Source: Candidatus Latescibacterota bacterium (GTDB taxonomy: Bacteria; Latescibacterota; UBA2968). Taken from it: a stretch of 64,000 bases of DNA. The number at the start of each line of letters is the position of its first letter. Positions within the stretch are counted from its first letter, which is position 1. The position numbers were made by a program, and so were the translations under genes. Of the stretch, positions 51,286-60,159 are shown in pieces. Where the stretch lies: the NCBI GenBank assembly GCA_965205975.1, contig OZ242195.1, forward strand, positions 3,424,001-3,488,000, in the 5' to 3' direction. The notes below the pieces were generated by a model. That model worked only from the letters and a program-made list of their open reading frames with translations. It searched no databases and was not told the origin of the DNA.

Positions 51286-52758
51286 TTAAATCACCTGTTG
51301 AAAATTCTCAAACGCCTCGTCCCAGGCATCCGTATCCGTCGGGCTATACGTCTTAATCTCAGTAGAAGCGCGCACAACATCCCGGAGCTCATCCAGAGAA
51401 CCAATCTGCCCCTTGCCCATTGCCTGCATCAAAAGATTGCCCATTGCAGTCGCCTCAGCCGGACCTGACAGCACCACACGCCCTGTTGCAGAAGCGATAA
51501 ATTGGCACAAAAGCGTATTGTGTATGCCCCCACCCACAATATGAATATCCCCCAGCGTCTTGCCCAATACATCTTCGAGCTGACCCAGAACATAGCGACA
51601 TTTGAGCGCCAGACTCTCCAGTGCCGTGCGAATAATATCCCCCTCACTATCGGGCAGCCGTTGACCAGTGCGCTTGCAAAAATCCCGAATGCGAGACGGC
51701 ATATCCCCTGGCGTACCAAAATCGGCGTGATCCGGATCGATAAACGACGCGAGCCGAGCCGATTCCATCGCCAGTCCCATCAACTCTTCCCACGAATAAT
51801 CTTTCCCCGCCAACGCCCACACGCGGCGGCATTCCTGCACAATCCACAGCCCCGAAATATTTTTCAGAAATCGAATCGTATGATCAACACCGCCCTCATT
51901 GGTAAAATTGTGCGCGAGCGCGCGCTTATTAATCGCGGGTTCAGGCAATTCCGCACCCATCAACGCCCACGTACCACAACTGATATAAACCGCATCGGGT
52001 GAAGAAAGGGGCACAGCCGCAACCGCCGACCCCGTATCGTGACAAGCCGGTGCAATCACATCAATCGGTGCAATACCCATCTCATCCGCAATGCTCCTGC
52101 GCATGGGACCAAGCACCGTGCCTGGCGACACCACATCCGGAAGCATATCCGTGGGAATATCGAGCGCATTGAGCATCGATTTTGCCCAGGCATTCTCGCG
52201 CGGATTGTAGAACTGCGTAGTAGTTGCATTGGAATACTCACACACCTTCATACCTGTGAACCAAAAATTGAACAAATCGGGCATCGTGAGAAACGTGCGC
52301 GCAATATCGAGCTGGGGCGATTGCGACAGACCCTGCGCGAACAACTGATACAGCGTGTTAAGCTCCATAAACTGAATACCCGTCTGCTCAAAAATCTCCT
52401 CGCGAGAAACGCGCTCAAACGCGACATCCATCATCCCCTGAGTGCGCGCATCGCGGTAGCAAAAGGGATTGCAGAGCAAATTGTCCTGTGCGTCGAGCAA
52501 GCCATAATCGACCCCCCACGTATCACAGCCCATACCATTGAGCGGTTCCCCAGACCGAACAGCGAGACGCAACCCCGTACACATCTCGTCAAACAGCCGC
52601 AGCGCATCCCAATAATAATGATTGCCAATAGGTATTCCCTGATTGGGAAACCGGTGAATCTCTTCAATATCCAGACGCGAGCCATCAAAACGCCCCAAAA
52701 CAGCCCGGCCGCTGGACGCACCCAAATCATAAGCGAGATAATTGGTCGTCGATGCCAT
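51286..52758 (-). CDS. rhaB: Rhamnulokinase-family (FGGY) carbohydrate kinase
   Basis: DLGASSGR, DTWGVDY, YRDART, HDTGSAV, TNEGG, VGGG, EATAMGN. Confidence 0.85.
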   Translation of the reverse strand: MASTTNYLAYDLGASSGRAVLGRFDGSRLDIEEIHRFPNQGIPIGNHYYWDALRLFDEMCTGLRLAVRSGEPLNGMGCDTWGVDYGLLDAQDNLLCNPFCYRDARTQGMMDVAFERVSREEIFEQTGIQFMELNTLYQLFAQGLSQSPQLDIARTFLTMPDLFNFWFTGMKVCEYSNATTTQFYNPRENAWAKSMLNALDIPTDMLPDVVSPGTVLGPMRRSIADEMGIAPIDVIAPACHDTGSAVAAVPLSSPDAVYISCGTWALMGAELPEPAINKRALAHNFTNEGGVDHTIRFLKNISGLWIVQECRRVWALAGKDYSWEELMGLAMESARLASFIDPDHADFGTPGDMPSRIRDFCKRTGQRLPDSEGDIIRTALESLALKCRYVLGQLEDVLGKTLGDIHIVGGGIHNTLLCQFIASATGRVVLSGPAEATAMGNLLMQAMGKGQIGSLDELRDVVRASTEIKTYSPTDTDAWDEAFENFQQVI

Positions 52759-52853
52759 AAAAAACTCCATTTTTCGCATTGTGTTCATACACTTCAGTGG
52801 CTATTATAGGACGCAGTTGGGAAGTGTCAAGTATTTCGTTATCAGGAGTGTGT

Positions 52854-54482
52854 ATGATGAGCAAAGAATTGAAAGCAGTTTTTCATTTTTGGAAGCGTTT
52901 TGCGTGCCAAAATGGCCTGAATCGCCGCGATTTAATCAAAGGCGTCGCCACCGCAAGTCTCGGTCTGGCAGCCGGAACCTTCGGCGCGCCACAGCTCTAC
53001 GGAAATTCAAACGTATCGAAATCAAAACGACGTAATCGTATCCAACTCGAAAACGCCAAAAAAGGAACGCGCGACTGGTTGCTCACTAAGACCGACATCA
53101 ACGACATCGAACCGGTGGCGTTGTGGCGTTCCCCGCGAATCGAGGGCTACTGCTCCGAGACGAGCGTGAGCGCTGGCGACACGCTCAAGATCATGGTGAG
53201 CACGAATCCAGTGTCCCAGTTTGATCTGGAGATCTTCCGCACGGGTTACTACGGCGGAACCGGCGGTCGTTTCATGAAGCGCTTTGATTCTATACAGGGC
53301 AAAACCCAGACCGATCCGTCGATAGGCGAAAACCGTCTGCGCGAATGCCAATGGGAACCTTCCGTAGAATTCGAGATTCCAGACGATTGGCTGAGCGGCG
53401 TCTATCTCGGGAAACTCACTGCCAAGGAGGGCGACGTGCAAAGCTACGTCATCTTTATTGTGCGCGATGATCGCCCCTGCGATTTGCTCTTCCAGTGCAG
53501 CGACATGACCTGGCAAGCCTACAATAGCTGGCCTACCAACGAGTGGTCTCTTTATCACAACGACGAGAATGGCTACACGGGATATAAGAAAAGGAAAAAG
53601 TGGAGCACCAACGCAAACGATACCGGGTGGGTGAGTTTTGACCGTCCCTACGCGCAGTTCTGCCAGGATCATCTTGTCAAGAATCCCAAGTCCGTGGGCA
53701 CGGGCGAATTTCTTCTTTGGGAATTCCCCCTCTCCTATTGGATAGAGCAGCAGGGCTACGATGTGTCGTATATCTCAAATGTGGATACACACAGACACGG
53801 TCCGAGATTACAACGCGCGAAAGGCTTTATCTCGGTAGGGCACGACGAGTATTGGACCCGGGAGATGTACGACAACGTCAGCGCGGCTCGGGACGCCGGT
53901 GTCAACCTTGCGTTCCTGAGTGGTAATTCGGTTTGGGGTGTGGTGCCCTTGCTGCCCTCTGCCGAGGGGCAGTTCCACCGAATCATGCGACGCGAAGATA
54001 AGTTCCTTGGCGAGGAACTCAGCAAGATGTTGAACAAGAGACGCGGCACCCCCGCCAAGTATCCAGCGGGGCCGGACGCGGCGTTGCTCATGGGGGGACG
54101 CACCGCCGGCATTGGCGGAGGTGACTGGACCTGCACCCAACCCAATCACTGGATCTATAATGGGAATGGCATGCAAAAAGGTGACACCATTGATGGACTA
54201 ATAGGCTGGGAATGGCATGGATCGCCTGCTCTCGAACTGCCTAACTTTGAGGTTCTGGCCGAGGGACCGATGCTACCGAAGAGGTACAGTCCTCATGCCG
54301 CTACGATCTACGATGGGCCGAAGAATAATGTCGTATTCAACGCCGGGACGATCTGGTGGGCGCAAGGCTTGTCGTCGCCTCCCGGCCACGTATTGCCCGC
54401 ACACAGGCATGCCAAGCCGAAAGGCCCTGACTCGCGCGTGCAGCGTATGATGACCAATGTGTTCGATCGGTTTATCAAGTAA
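52854..54482 (+). CDS. Tat-exported N,N-dimethylformamidase beta-subunit-like domain protein
   Basis: NRRDLIKG Tat motif; TWQAYN, VSFDRPY, VGHDEYWT, FLSGNS, VFNAGT. Confidence 0.8.
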   Translation: MMSKELKAVFHFWKRFACQNGLNRRDLIKGVATASLGLAAGTFGAPQLYGNSNVSKSKRRNRIQLENAKKGTRDWLLTKTDINDIEPVALWRSPRIEGYCSETSVSAGDTLKIMVSTNPVSQFDLEIFRTGYYGGTGGRFMKRFDSIQGKTQTDPSIGENRLRECQWEPSVEFEIPDDWLSGVYLGKLTAKEGDVQSYVIFIVRDDRPCDLLFQCSDMTWQAYNSWPTNEWSLYHNDENGYTGYKKRKKWSTNANDTGWVSFDRPYAQFCQDHLVKNPKSVGTGEFLLWEFPLSYWIEQQGYDVSYISNVDTHRHGPRLQRAKGFISVGHDEYWTREMYDNVSAARDAGVNLAFLSGNSVWGVVPLLPSAEGQFHRIMRREDKFLGEELSKMLNKRRGTPAKYPAGPDAALLMGGRTAGIGGGDWTCTQPNHWIYNGNGMQKGDTIDGLIGWEWHGSPALELPNFEVLAEGPMLPKRYSPHAATIYDGPKNNVVFNAGTIWWAQGLSSPPGHVLPAHRHAKPKGPDSRVQRMMTNVFDRFIK

Positions 54483-54566
54483 GGTCCAACAATGGGAAAA
54501 GGAAAAATATGAGCGAATGAGGCTGGGTAAATTGATGGCAAATGATAAACCCACTGAAGAACGCCT

Positions 54567-54697
54567 TAAGCAAGATAATTGGTTGTTGATGCCTTCAAAA
54601 AACTCCGCGATCTGATTTTTCGCATTGTGCTTACATCACTCATTTGCTATTATTAAGGCATAGTAGTAACGCGTCAGATATTTCATTTTTTAGAGTG
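54567..54697 (-). pseudogene. Diverged duplicate of the rhaB 5' end and its upstream region (52730-52850)
   Basis: Encodes ASTTNYLA with synonymous differences, and the upstream TTTTTCGCATTGTG block is shared. Confidence 0.75.
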
Positions 54698-54737
54698 AAT
54701 TATAGGTGAAATTGATAGGACAATAAGTGACTAACCC

Positions 54738-54938
54738 ATGAAATTAGAATACGATTTCTCCAGAGCTGAAAGAGGAAAATTTTATCGCAAGGGCGCTGAA
54801 ATCCGGCTGCCAATTTACCTCGATGCGAAACTCCAGCATCAGCTTGAAAAGATCGCGGAGAAGAGAGGGAAAGATTTGGGCGAGATGGTGCATCAACTAT
54901 TGAAAAAGGAAGTGGAACGCGTTGGTGCATTGCCCTGA
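54738..54938 (+). CDS. Orphan CopG/BrnA-like antitoxin
   Basis: MKLEYDFSRAERGKFY...LPIYLD...MVHQLLKKE. Confidence 0.7.
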   Translation: MKLEYDFSRAERGKFYRKGAEIRLPIYLDAKLQHQLEKIAEKRGKDLGEMVHQLLKKEVERVGALP

Positions 54939-55119
54939 TGTGCATAGGAATATATAGCTGTGAGTAGCTCCACATATAAGAGAATTTAAAACCCCTGGAG
55001 AGATATGCTCTTCAGGGGTGATTTGTTTGTATGGATTTGGGTTCCAAAAGGCGGGAAGCGTCTGGAGACGGATGCAGGTAGTTTAAGACATTGGTCTCTC
55101 AAAAATAGACAAAGACCAC

Positions 55120-55605
55120 TCAGGGAACTGGAACTTTCAATATATACGTCACAAACCCCAACGCGATTGTCAAAAAAGCAACACCAACTGTGACAGTCCA
55201 AAAAATACGTTGACCTATACCCTCAATTTTATCATCAACATAGTTTCTCAATTCTATTTGACCCTCTTGAATGCTGCTGATCGTCTTGTCAATTTTATCA
55301 TCAACATGCATTCTCAATTCTATTTGACCCTCTTGAATGCTGCTGATCGTCTTATCCATATTCTCAATAAGTGTTTCCAGCCTGACAAGACGCTTATCGA
55401 GCTTGTTGATCGCCCTTTCGTTCTGCTGAATACGCTCTTCATTCAGGTCTATTCGTTTATCCAACCGTTTCAAAGTCTCACGATGATCTATATCATGACC
55501 TTCTAACCTCTTGAGTATCTCAATTTGAGTCGCCTGATATTCTTCCGAATTTTTAACATACCGCTCAAGGATGGACACATCCGGCCCTTCTTGCGTGGCA
55601 GCCAT
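55120..55605 (-). CDS. Coiled-coil protein with a 22-aa tandem repeat and C-terminal transmembrane helix
   Basis: DKTISSIQEGQIELR occurs twice (66-bp unit near 55224-55355); hydrophobic IFWTVTVGVAFLTIALGFVTYIL; GAGG RBS. Confidence 0.7.
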   Translation of the reverse strand: MAATQEGPDVSILERYVKNSEEYQATQIEILKRLEGHDIDHRETLKRLDKRIDLNEERIQQNERAINKLDKRLVRLETLIENMDKTISSIQEGQIELRMHVDDKIDKTISSIQEGQIELRNYVDDKIEGIGQRIFWTVTVGVAFLTIALGFVTYILKVPVP

Positions 55606-55729
55606 ATCGCACCTCTGCAATAATGGAAAAATCAACCGTAATGAAACCAAACAGCGTATAATAATGACAAGATAGCAGAAAATAACATGCTAACAAAGCA
55701 TTTTCTGCCAGATAAGCACCTGACTATGA

Positions 55730-55854
55730 GGGAGCTGAAATCTGACCGCCCATTTACCTCAATGCAAAACCCCAGCACCGGCTTGAACACATCGCTCAGA
55801 AAATAGGCGAAGATTTGGGCGAATGGTGCATCAAATCTTGAAAGCGGAAGTGGA
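55730..55854 (+). pseudogene. Degenerate duplicate of the 3' part of the 54738..54938 antitoxin
   Basis: GAEI*PPIYLNAKPQHRLEHIAQKIGEDLGE versus GAEIRLPIYLDAKLQHQLEKIAEKRGKDLGE. Confidence 0.8.
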
Positions 55855-55883
55855 TTGAAATTTTAAGCGCACGATGTTATACT
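55855..55883 (+). promoter_or_regulatory. Putative sigma70 promoter of the CARF-bEBP gene
   Basis: TTGAAA-17 bp-TATACT with extended -10 TG. Confidence 0.6.
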
Positions 55884-55919
55884 ACAAAAGTCAATGGAAT
55901 GTCTCAAGAGGATAATGAT

Positions 55920-57563
55920 ATGCAACATAAATTGGTCGCTGTAGTCGGCAGCACACCGCAAGTTATGACAGAAACTTTCTGGGCATTGCGTGTCCAGCGC
56001 AAAGTGCCCATTGATGAAGTATTTGTGATAACGACAACCGTAGGTAAAGAAACCTGTCAGAAACGCCTTTTGGATGAAGGCCGCTTTAAAAAGATGTTGT
56101 CAGATTACAATATCGATCCCAATACTGTCGCGTTCGGTCCCGATCATATCCAGGTATTTGAAGATGCTGAAGGTAATCCTTTAGACGATATCCGCACCTC
56201 GGAAGACAATCGCCTGGCCCGGGATCAACTTTTCCACTGGATTGAGAACTGGACGCAGAATGTTGATGTCGCTTTACACTGCTCGCTCGCAGGCGGACGG
56301 AAGTCAATGGGATACTTACTCGGTGCTGCTATTCAATTTTTTGGTCGGCCACAAGATCGCCTGTATCATGTGCTGGTCACACCGCAAGCAATTGAAACAA
56401 ATCGCGATTTCTTCTTTCCACCTGTGCGCGAAGCGCAAATCCCCACATCAGACGGGCAACACATTTCTACTGCTGATGTGCGTATTGAGTTGGCAGAATT
56501 GCCCTATGTATCGGTAAGAGATATATCCGCATTTGACGATGAAAACTATGACCTGATTCTACAGAAAACACAAGCAGAAGTGCGACGTGTTCCACGTCTA
56601 AAAGCAGAAAACAAGCGACTGAGAGAAACATCGGGCAATGCTGGCGGCTTGATCGGAAATAGCTTTGCAATGCAGAAAAACAAAGACCAGATTCGGCAAG
56701 CTGCTGATGCAGATGGTGCAACCGTGTTGATTTTGGGTGAAACGGGAACGGGTAAAGAACGGGCAGTTGAAGCACTACATGAACAGAGTGTGAGAAAGGA
56801 TAAATCATTCATAGCGATTAACTGTAGTGCATTTCCAGGTGAACTTTTGGATGTAGAGCTATTTGGTGCAGTTGAAGGCGCTTATAGTGGACAAGCCGGG
56901 CCACGCGAGGGTGCGTTTCGCGCAGCCGAAGGTGGTACCCTTTTCCTCGATGAAATAGGAGACTTATCACATGAAGGACAGGCGAAGCTATTGCGCGTAT
57001 TACAAGAAAAGAAAGTGCGTCCGCTTGGCAGTGATGAACAAGAGAAAGAAGTTGATGTACGCATTGTTGCGGCAACCAATCGCGATTTGAAGGCCATGGT
57101 TCAAGAAGGAACTTTCCGAGAGGACCTATTGTATCGCCTCAATGTTTTGACCATTGACATGCCGCCGTTGCGAGAACGACGCGAAGATATACCGGAGTTA
57201 ATCGACCTGTTTTGTGAACAGTTTAATGAGAAATACAAACGCAATGTTGTGGGCTTTGATACCCCAGCCATAGAAGCCATGTGTCGCTATACCTGGCCGG
57301 GCAATGTGCGCGAGCTTGAAAATGAAGTTGCGCGCATCGTCTCTGACTCACCACAGAGTGCATTTCGGGTGCATAAGGAAGACTTAGCCAAGCGTATTAT
57401 TGAATCGACAGATTTAGACACGGGTAGTGGTACGCTCAAAGAATTAGTGGCGCAATTTAAGAGGCATACGATTCAGGAAACATTGGCGCGAACACAGGGC
57501 AATGTTAAAAACGCCGCGAAGATACTGGGTATTGACGAATCAACGGTGAGACGAAATCGGTAG
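55920..57563 (+). CDS. CARF (NE0113/Csm6 ring-nuclease type) domain fused to sigma54-dependent AAA+ activator and Fis-type HTH
   Basis: N-terminus VGSTPQVMTET, ITTT, CSLAGGRKSMG, DRLYHVLV. Central GETGTGKE, ELFGAVEGAYSG, LFLDEIGDL, QAKLLRVLQE, FREDLLYRLN, WPGNVRELEN. C-terminus GNVKNAAKILGID. ATG 55920 behind GAGGA (alternative start 55899). Confidence 0.9.
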   Translation: MQHKLVAVVGSTPQVMTETFWALRVQRKVPIDEVFVITTTVGKETCQKRLLDEGRFKKMLSDYNIDPNTVAFGPDHIQVFEDAEGNPLDDIRTSEDNRLARDQLFHWIENWTQNVDVALHCSLAGGRKSMGYLLGAAIQFFGRPQDRLYHVLVTPQAIETNRDFFFPPVREAQIPTSDGQHISTADVRIELAELPYVSVRDISAFDDENYDLILQKTQAEVRRVPRLKAENKRLRETSGNAGGLIGNSFAMQKNKDQIRQAADADGATVLILGETGTGKERAVEALHEQSVRKDKSFIAINCSAFPGELLDVELFGAVEGAYSGQAGPREGAFRAAEGGTLFLDEIGDLSHEGQAKLLRVLQEKKVRPLGSDEQEKEVDVRIVAATNRDLKAMVQEGTFREDLLYRLNVLTIDMPPLRERREDIPELIDLFCEQFNEKYKRNVVGFDTPAIEAMCRYTWPGNVRELENEVARIVSDSPQSAFRVHKEDLAKRIIESTDLDTGSGTLKELVAQFKRHTIQETLARTQGNVKNAAKILGIDESTVRRNR

Positions 57564-57597
57564 AGCATCGAAAATCCCAAAATATGAATTGAAAGGC

Positions 57598-57745
57598 GTG
57601 CAGAATTGCACAGCCCGTGCAAAAATGCACGTTTAAACATATTGCTGTTTATTTCCTGTTTCAAAAAAATATCACACAACCTGTTGTTTTTTTTGATCTC
57701 TGAGGAAATTTCGGAGATTTTTTTGTGTTTGGCACGCGGATTGCA
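57598..57745 (+). promoter_or_regulatory. Sigma54 promoter 1 (upstream of cas6) with paired palindromic UAS and IHF-like site
   Basis: GTGCAGAATTGCAC 57598-57611, GTGCAAAAATGCAC 57617-57630, CAACCTGTTGTT 57677-57688, TGGCACGCGGATTGCA 57730-57745. Confidence 0.85.
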
Positions 57746-57792
57746 TATACAATGAGTGCTATCGCAAAAATCCAAATACAAAGGAGATATTG

Positions 57793-58752
57793 ATGTTTGA
57801 TCTGAAATTCGCGTATATGCGCTTGCACTTCAAAGCGCGGGGCCATCTGCGCCTGCCATCTTATAAAGGCTCCACATTTCGCGGGGCTTTTGGCGTGGCA
57901 TTTAAGCGCGCGGTCTGTATTGTGCAACACGGGGAATGCGAGCGGTGTCTGATTCGGACGCAATGCGTGTATCCATACGTATTTGACACACCAGTAGATA
58001 ATGCACAGGGCATATTTCGCGGATATAGCGAAGCACCCCATCCCTATCTGATCGAACCCCCGCTGGAAACCAAAACCGATTATGCACCGGACGATGAATT
58101 TGCGATTGGCCTGACCCTGATAGGCCGCGCACTGAATTACATGCCCTACTTCATCTACACATTCCAGCGCATGGGAGACACAGGTATTGGACGCGGACGC
58201 GGCAAATGCGACCTCATCTCGGGCGAAGCACTGCACACCGATGGGACATGGCAGGCGGTGTACGACGGAGCGAGCGAGATGTTGCAACAAGATGTACCCC
58301 ATCTGACCGCGCAGGATCTGATGCACAACGAAATAGGATCCCGGATTCGCCTCTCATTTGTAACGCCCACCCAACTCAAAGCAGACCGAATATTACAGCG
58401 CGGACTGGATTTCCCCGTACTCATACGCGGGTTATTGCGGCGGTATTCGGCATTGGCCGCATTTCACGCAGACGGACCGCCAGATATAAATTATGCCGAC
58501 TATGTCGCACAAGCAGAGAATATTCAAACCACATCCCACAATTTGACCTGGCGCACATGGGAACGGTATTCAAACCGCAAAAACCGGCGTATGAGCGTAA
58601 GTGGTTTTACAGGAGACGTGGTCTTTGAAGGCGACATGACACAATTTCACCCCCTGCTGGCACTGGGCGTGCCAATGCACGTTGGCAAATGGACCAGTTT
58701 TGGGATGGGACAATACGCTATAGAAGGAAGAAGTGTGAAGGAAGAAGTGTGA
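57793..58752 (+). CDS. cas6: Cas6 pre-crRNA endoribonuclease (with Cys-rich insert)
   Basis: GSTFRGAFG, C..CERC...C, FVTP, C-terminal Gly-rich loop HVGKWTSFGMGQY; AAGGAG RBS. Confidence 0.9.
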   Translation: MFDLKFAYMRLHFKARGHLRLPSYKGSTFRGAFGVAFKRAVCIVQHGECERCLIRTQCVYPYVFDTPVDNAQGIFRGYSEAPHPYLIEPPLETKTDYAPDDEFAIGLTLIGRALNYMPYFIYTFQRMGDTGIGRGRGKCDLISGEALHTDGTWQAVYDGASEMLQQDVPHLTAQDLMHNEIGSRIRLSFVTPTQLKADRILQRGLDFPVLIRGLLRRYSALAAFHADGPPDINYADYVAQAENIQTTSHNLTWRTWERYSNRKNRRMSVSGFTGDVVFEGDMTQFHPLLALGVPMHVGKWTSFGMGQYAIEGRSVKEEV

Positions 58753-58777
58753 AGAAGGGCAGCATATAGCCAAATAA

Positions 58778-58926
58778 GTGCAAAATTGCACAGAGGACGT
58801 GCAGAAATGCACGCTTGAACATGTTGGTGTCAATTTGATTTTAGAAAAAATATCGTATAACATATTGTTTTCTCGTAAATTAAAAAATAAATTCAAATTT
58901 TCTTCTACTTTGGCACGCGGATTGCA
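58778..58926 (+). promoter_or_regulatory. Sigma54 promoter 2 (upstream of ykvA-cmr genes) with paired palindromic UAS and IHF-like site
   Basis: GTGCAAAATTGCAC 58778-58791, GTGCAGAAATGCAC 58799-58812, TAACATATTGTT 58858-58869, TGGCACGCGGATTGCA 58911-58926. Confidence 0.85.
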
Positions 58927-58989
58927 TAGACAAGAGGTGATCGCAAAAAAGTTTTTTAATCCGCAGTAAAAACCAAATGGAGGAAAACC

Positions 58990-59340
58990 ATGAAAAATCG
59001 AAACAAGCAGGGATATGGGAAATATTATTCTCAGGACAGCTTCTGGAAAAAGTTGCTCAAATTCTCACGCACCGCAGGACGGGAAGTCGTCGAGCAAGCC
59101 CTATCGCTCTACTACACCGCGCAGGCTCCTGATACACCGGCCTGGGCCAAAACAGTCATCACCGGGGCACTGGGGTACTTTATTCTTCCGGCCGATGCAA
59201 TTCCCGACCTGATCCCGGCCGTCGGTTACGGCGATGATCTGGGTGCGCTGGCCGCAGCACTCGCAGCCGTGGCGGCCCATGTAACGCCGGAGATCAAAGC
59301 CCGTGCAAAGGAAAAAGCAGCCGAGTGGTTTGGTGAGTGA
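58990..59340 (+). CDS. YkvA/DUF1232-family membrane-associated protein
   Basis: FWKKL, TPAWAK..I.GALGYFILPADAIPDLIPAVGYGDDL; GGAGG RBS. Confidence 0.9.
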   Translation: MKNRNKQGYGKYYSQDSFWKKLLKFSRTAGREVVEQALSLYYTAQAPDTPAWAKTVITGALGYFILPADAIPDLIPAVGYGDDLGALAAALAAVAAHVTPEIKARAKEKAAEWFGE

Positions 59341-59632
59341 AGTGTAATCCGCAGAAAAAAACGCGAATAATTTGAGCGTTTTTCGCAGATGACGCAGATA
59401 AATAAAGAAGGGCTGCGGTTTGGGTGAACTGACCACTGACCGCTAAAAAATGAAGTGTGAAATGGTGTATAACTGGCTACAGTCCAGGCCTGTTCACGGT
59501 GAAGGGGGATAAACTGCGTAACCTATTGCGCTATTTCTACCGATATTGTATCCTGCGTAATTCACAGCATCATGGCCGGGTTAGTTGCTCGATTTTTGAA
59601 GGTGGAGTGATCTGCTGCGGTTATAAGAATCA

Positions 59633-60091
59633 ACGTGATGTGTGACTTTAAATAGACAAAAAGAGGTTCCTCGGCTATCTTGGATTGTCCGTAAAACAAG
59701 AAGCCATGCAACGAAAGGAACCTCCAATGTATAATTTAGCCCTTTTTGTCATTACAATCTACTGTTTTATTGAAGACGACCTCTATCCAGCGTATTGTGA
59801 GGTGCATGGCAAGCCGCGTCGGGCAGGCTTTGAACCCGGTTTAAGTGATGTGGAATGCCTCACCATAGAAATTGTGGGTCACTTTTTGGGGTATTCAAGC
59901 CAGAAGAAACTTTATGAGCAGATGCGCGAACACTTTTTGCGCGCATGAAAGTGCGAGATGCTTGGCATCTATTAAACTTGTGGCATACCAAAATCTTAAC
60001 CCATACCATGTGTGTCTTTCTAAATATCATCAATTACAGAGACCCGCTGGATTTTGACGGCCTCGTAACATTTTGAAGTCACACATCGCGT
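59633..60091 (+). mobile_element. Internally deleted IS982-family-like insertion sequence
   Basis: TIRs ACGTGATGTGTGACTT / AAGTCACACATCGCGT; flanking 9-bp near-duplication TAAGAATCA / TAAGAATAA; truncated transposase N-terminus (RRAGFEPGLSDVECLTIEIVG..LG). Confidence 0.75.
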
Positions 60092-60159
60092 TAAGAATAA
60101 AGTGTATAGAAACCCATACGTGTGGGGACAATACGGTTTAATTTGAAAGGAGAAGCGTG

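Noticed and set aside
55850..55860. GTGGATTGAAA as an orphan CRISPR repeat or mini-array before the CARF-bEBP
   Set aside because: Only 11 bp match and there is no second repeat; explained by the antitoxin remnant (EVD codons) overlapping a -35 box.
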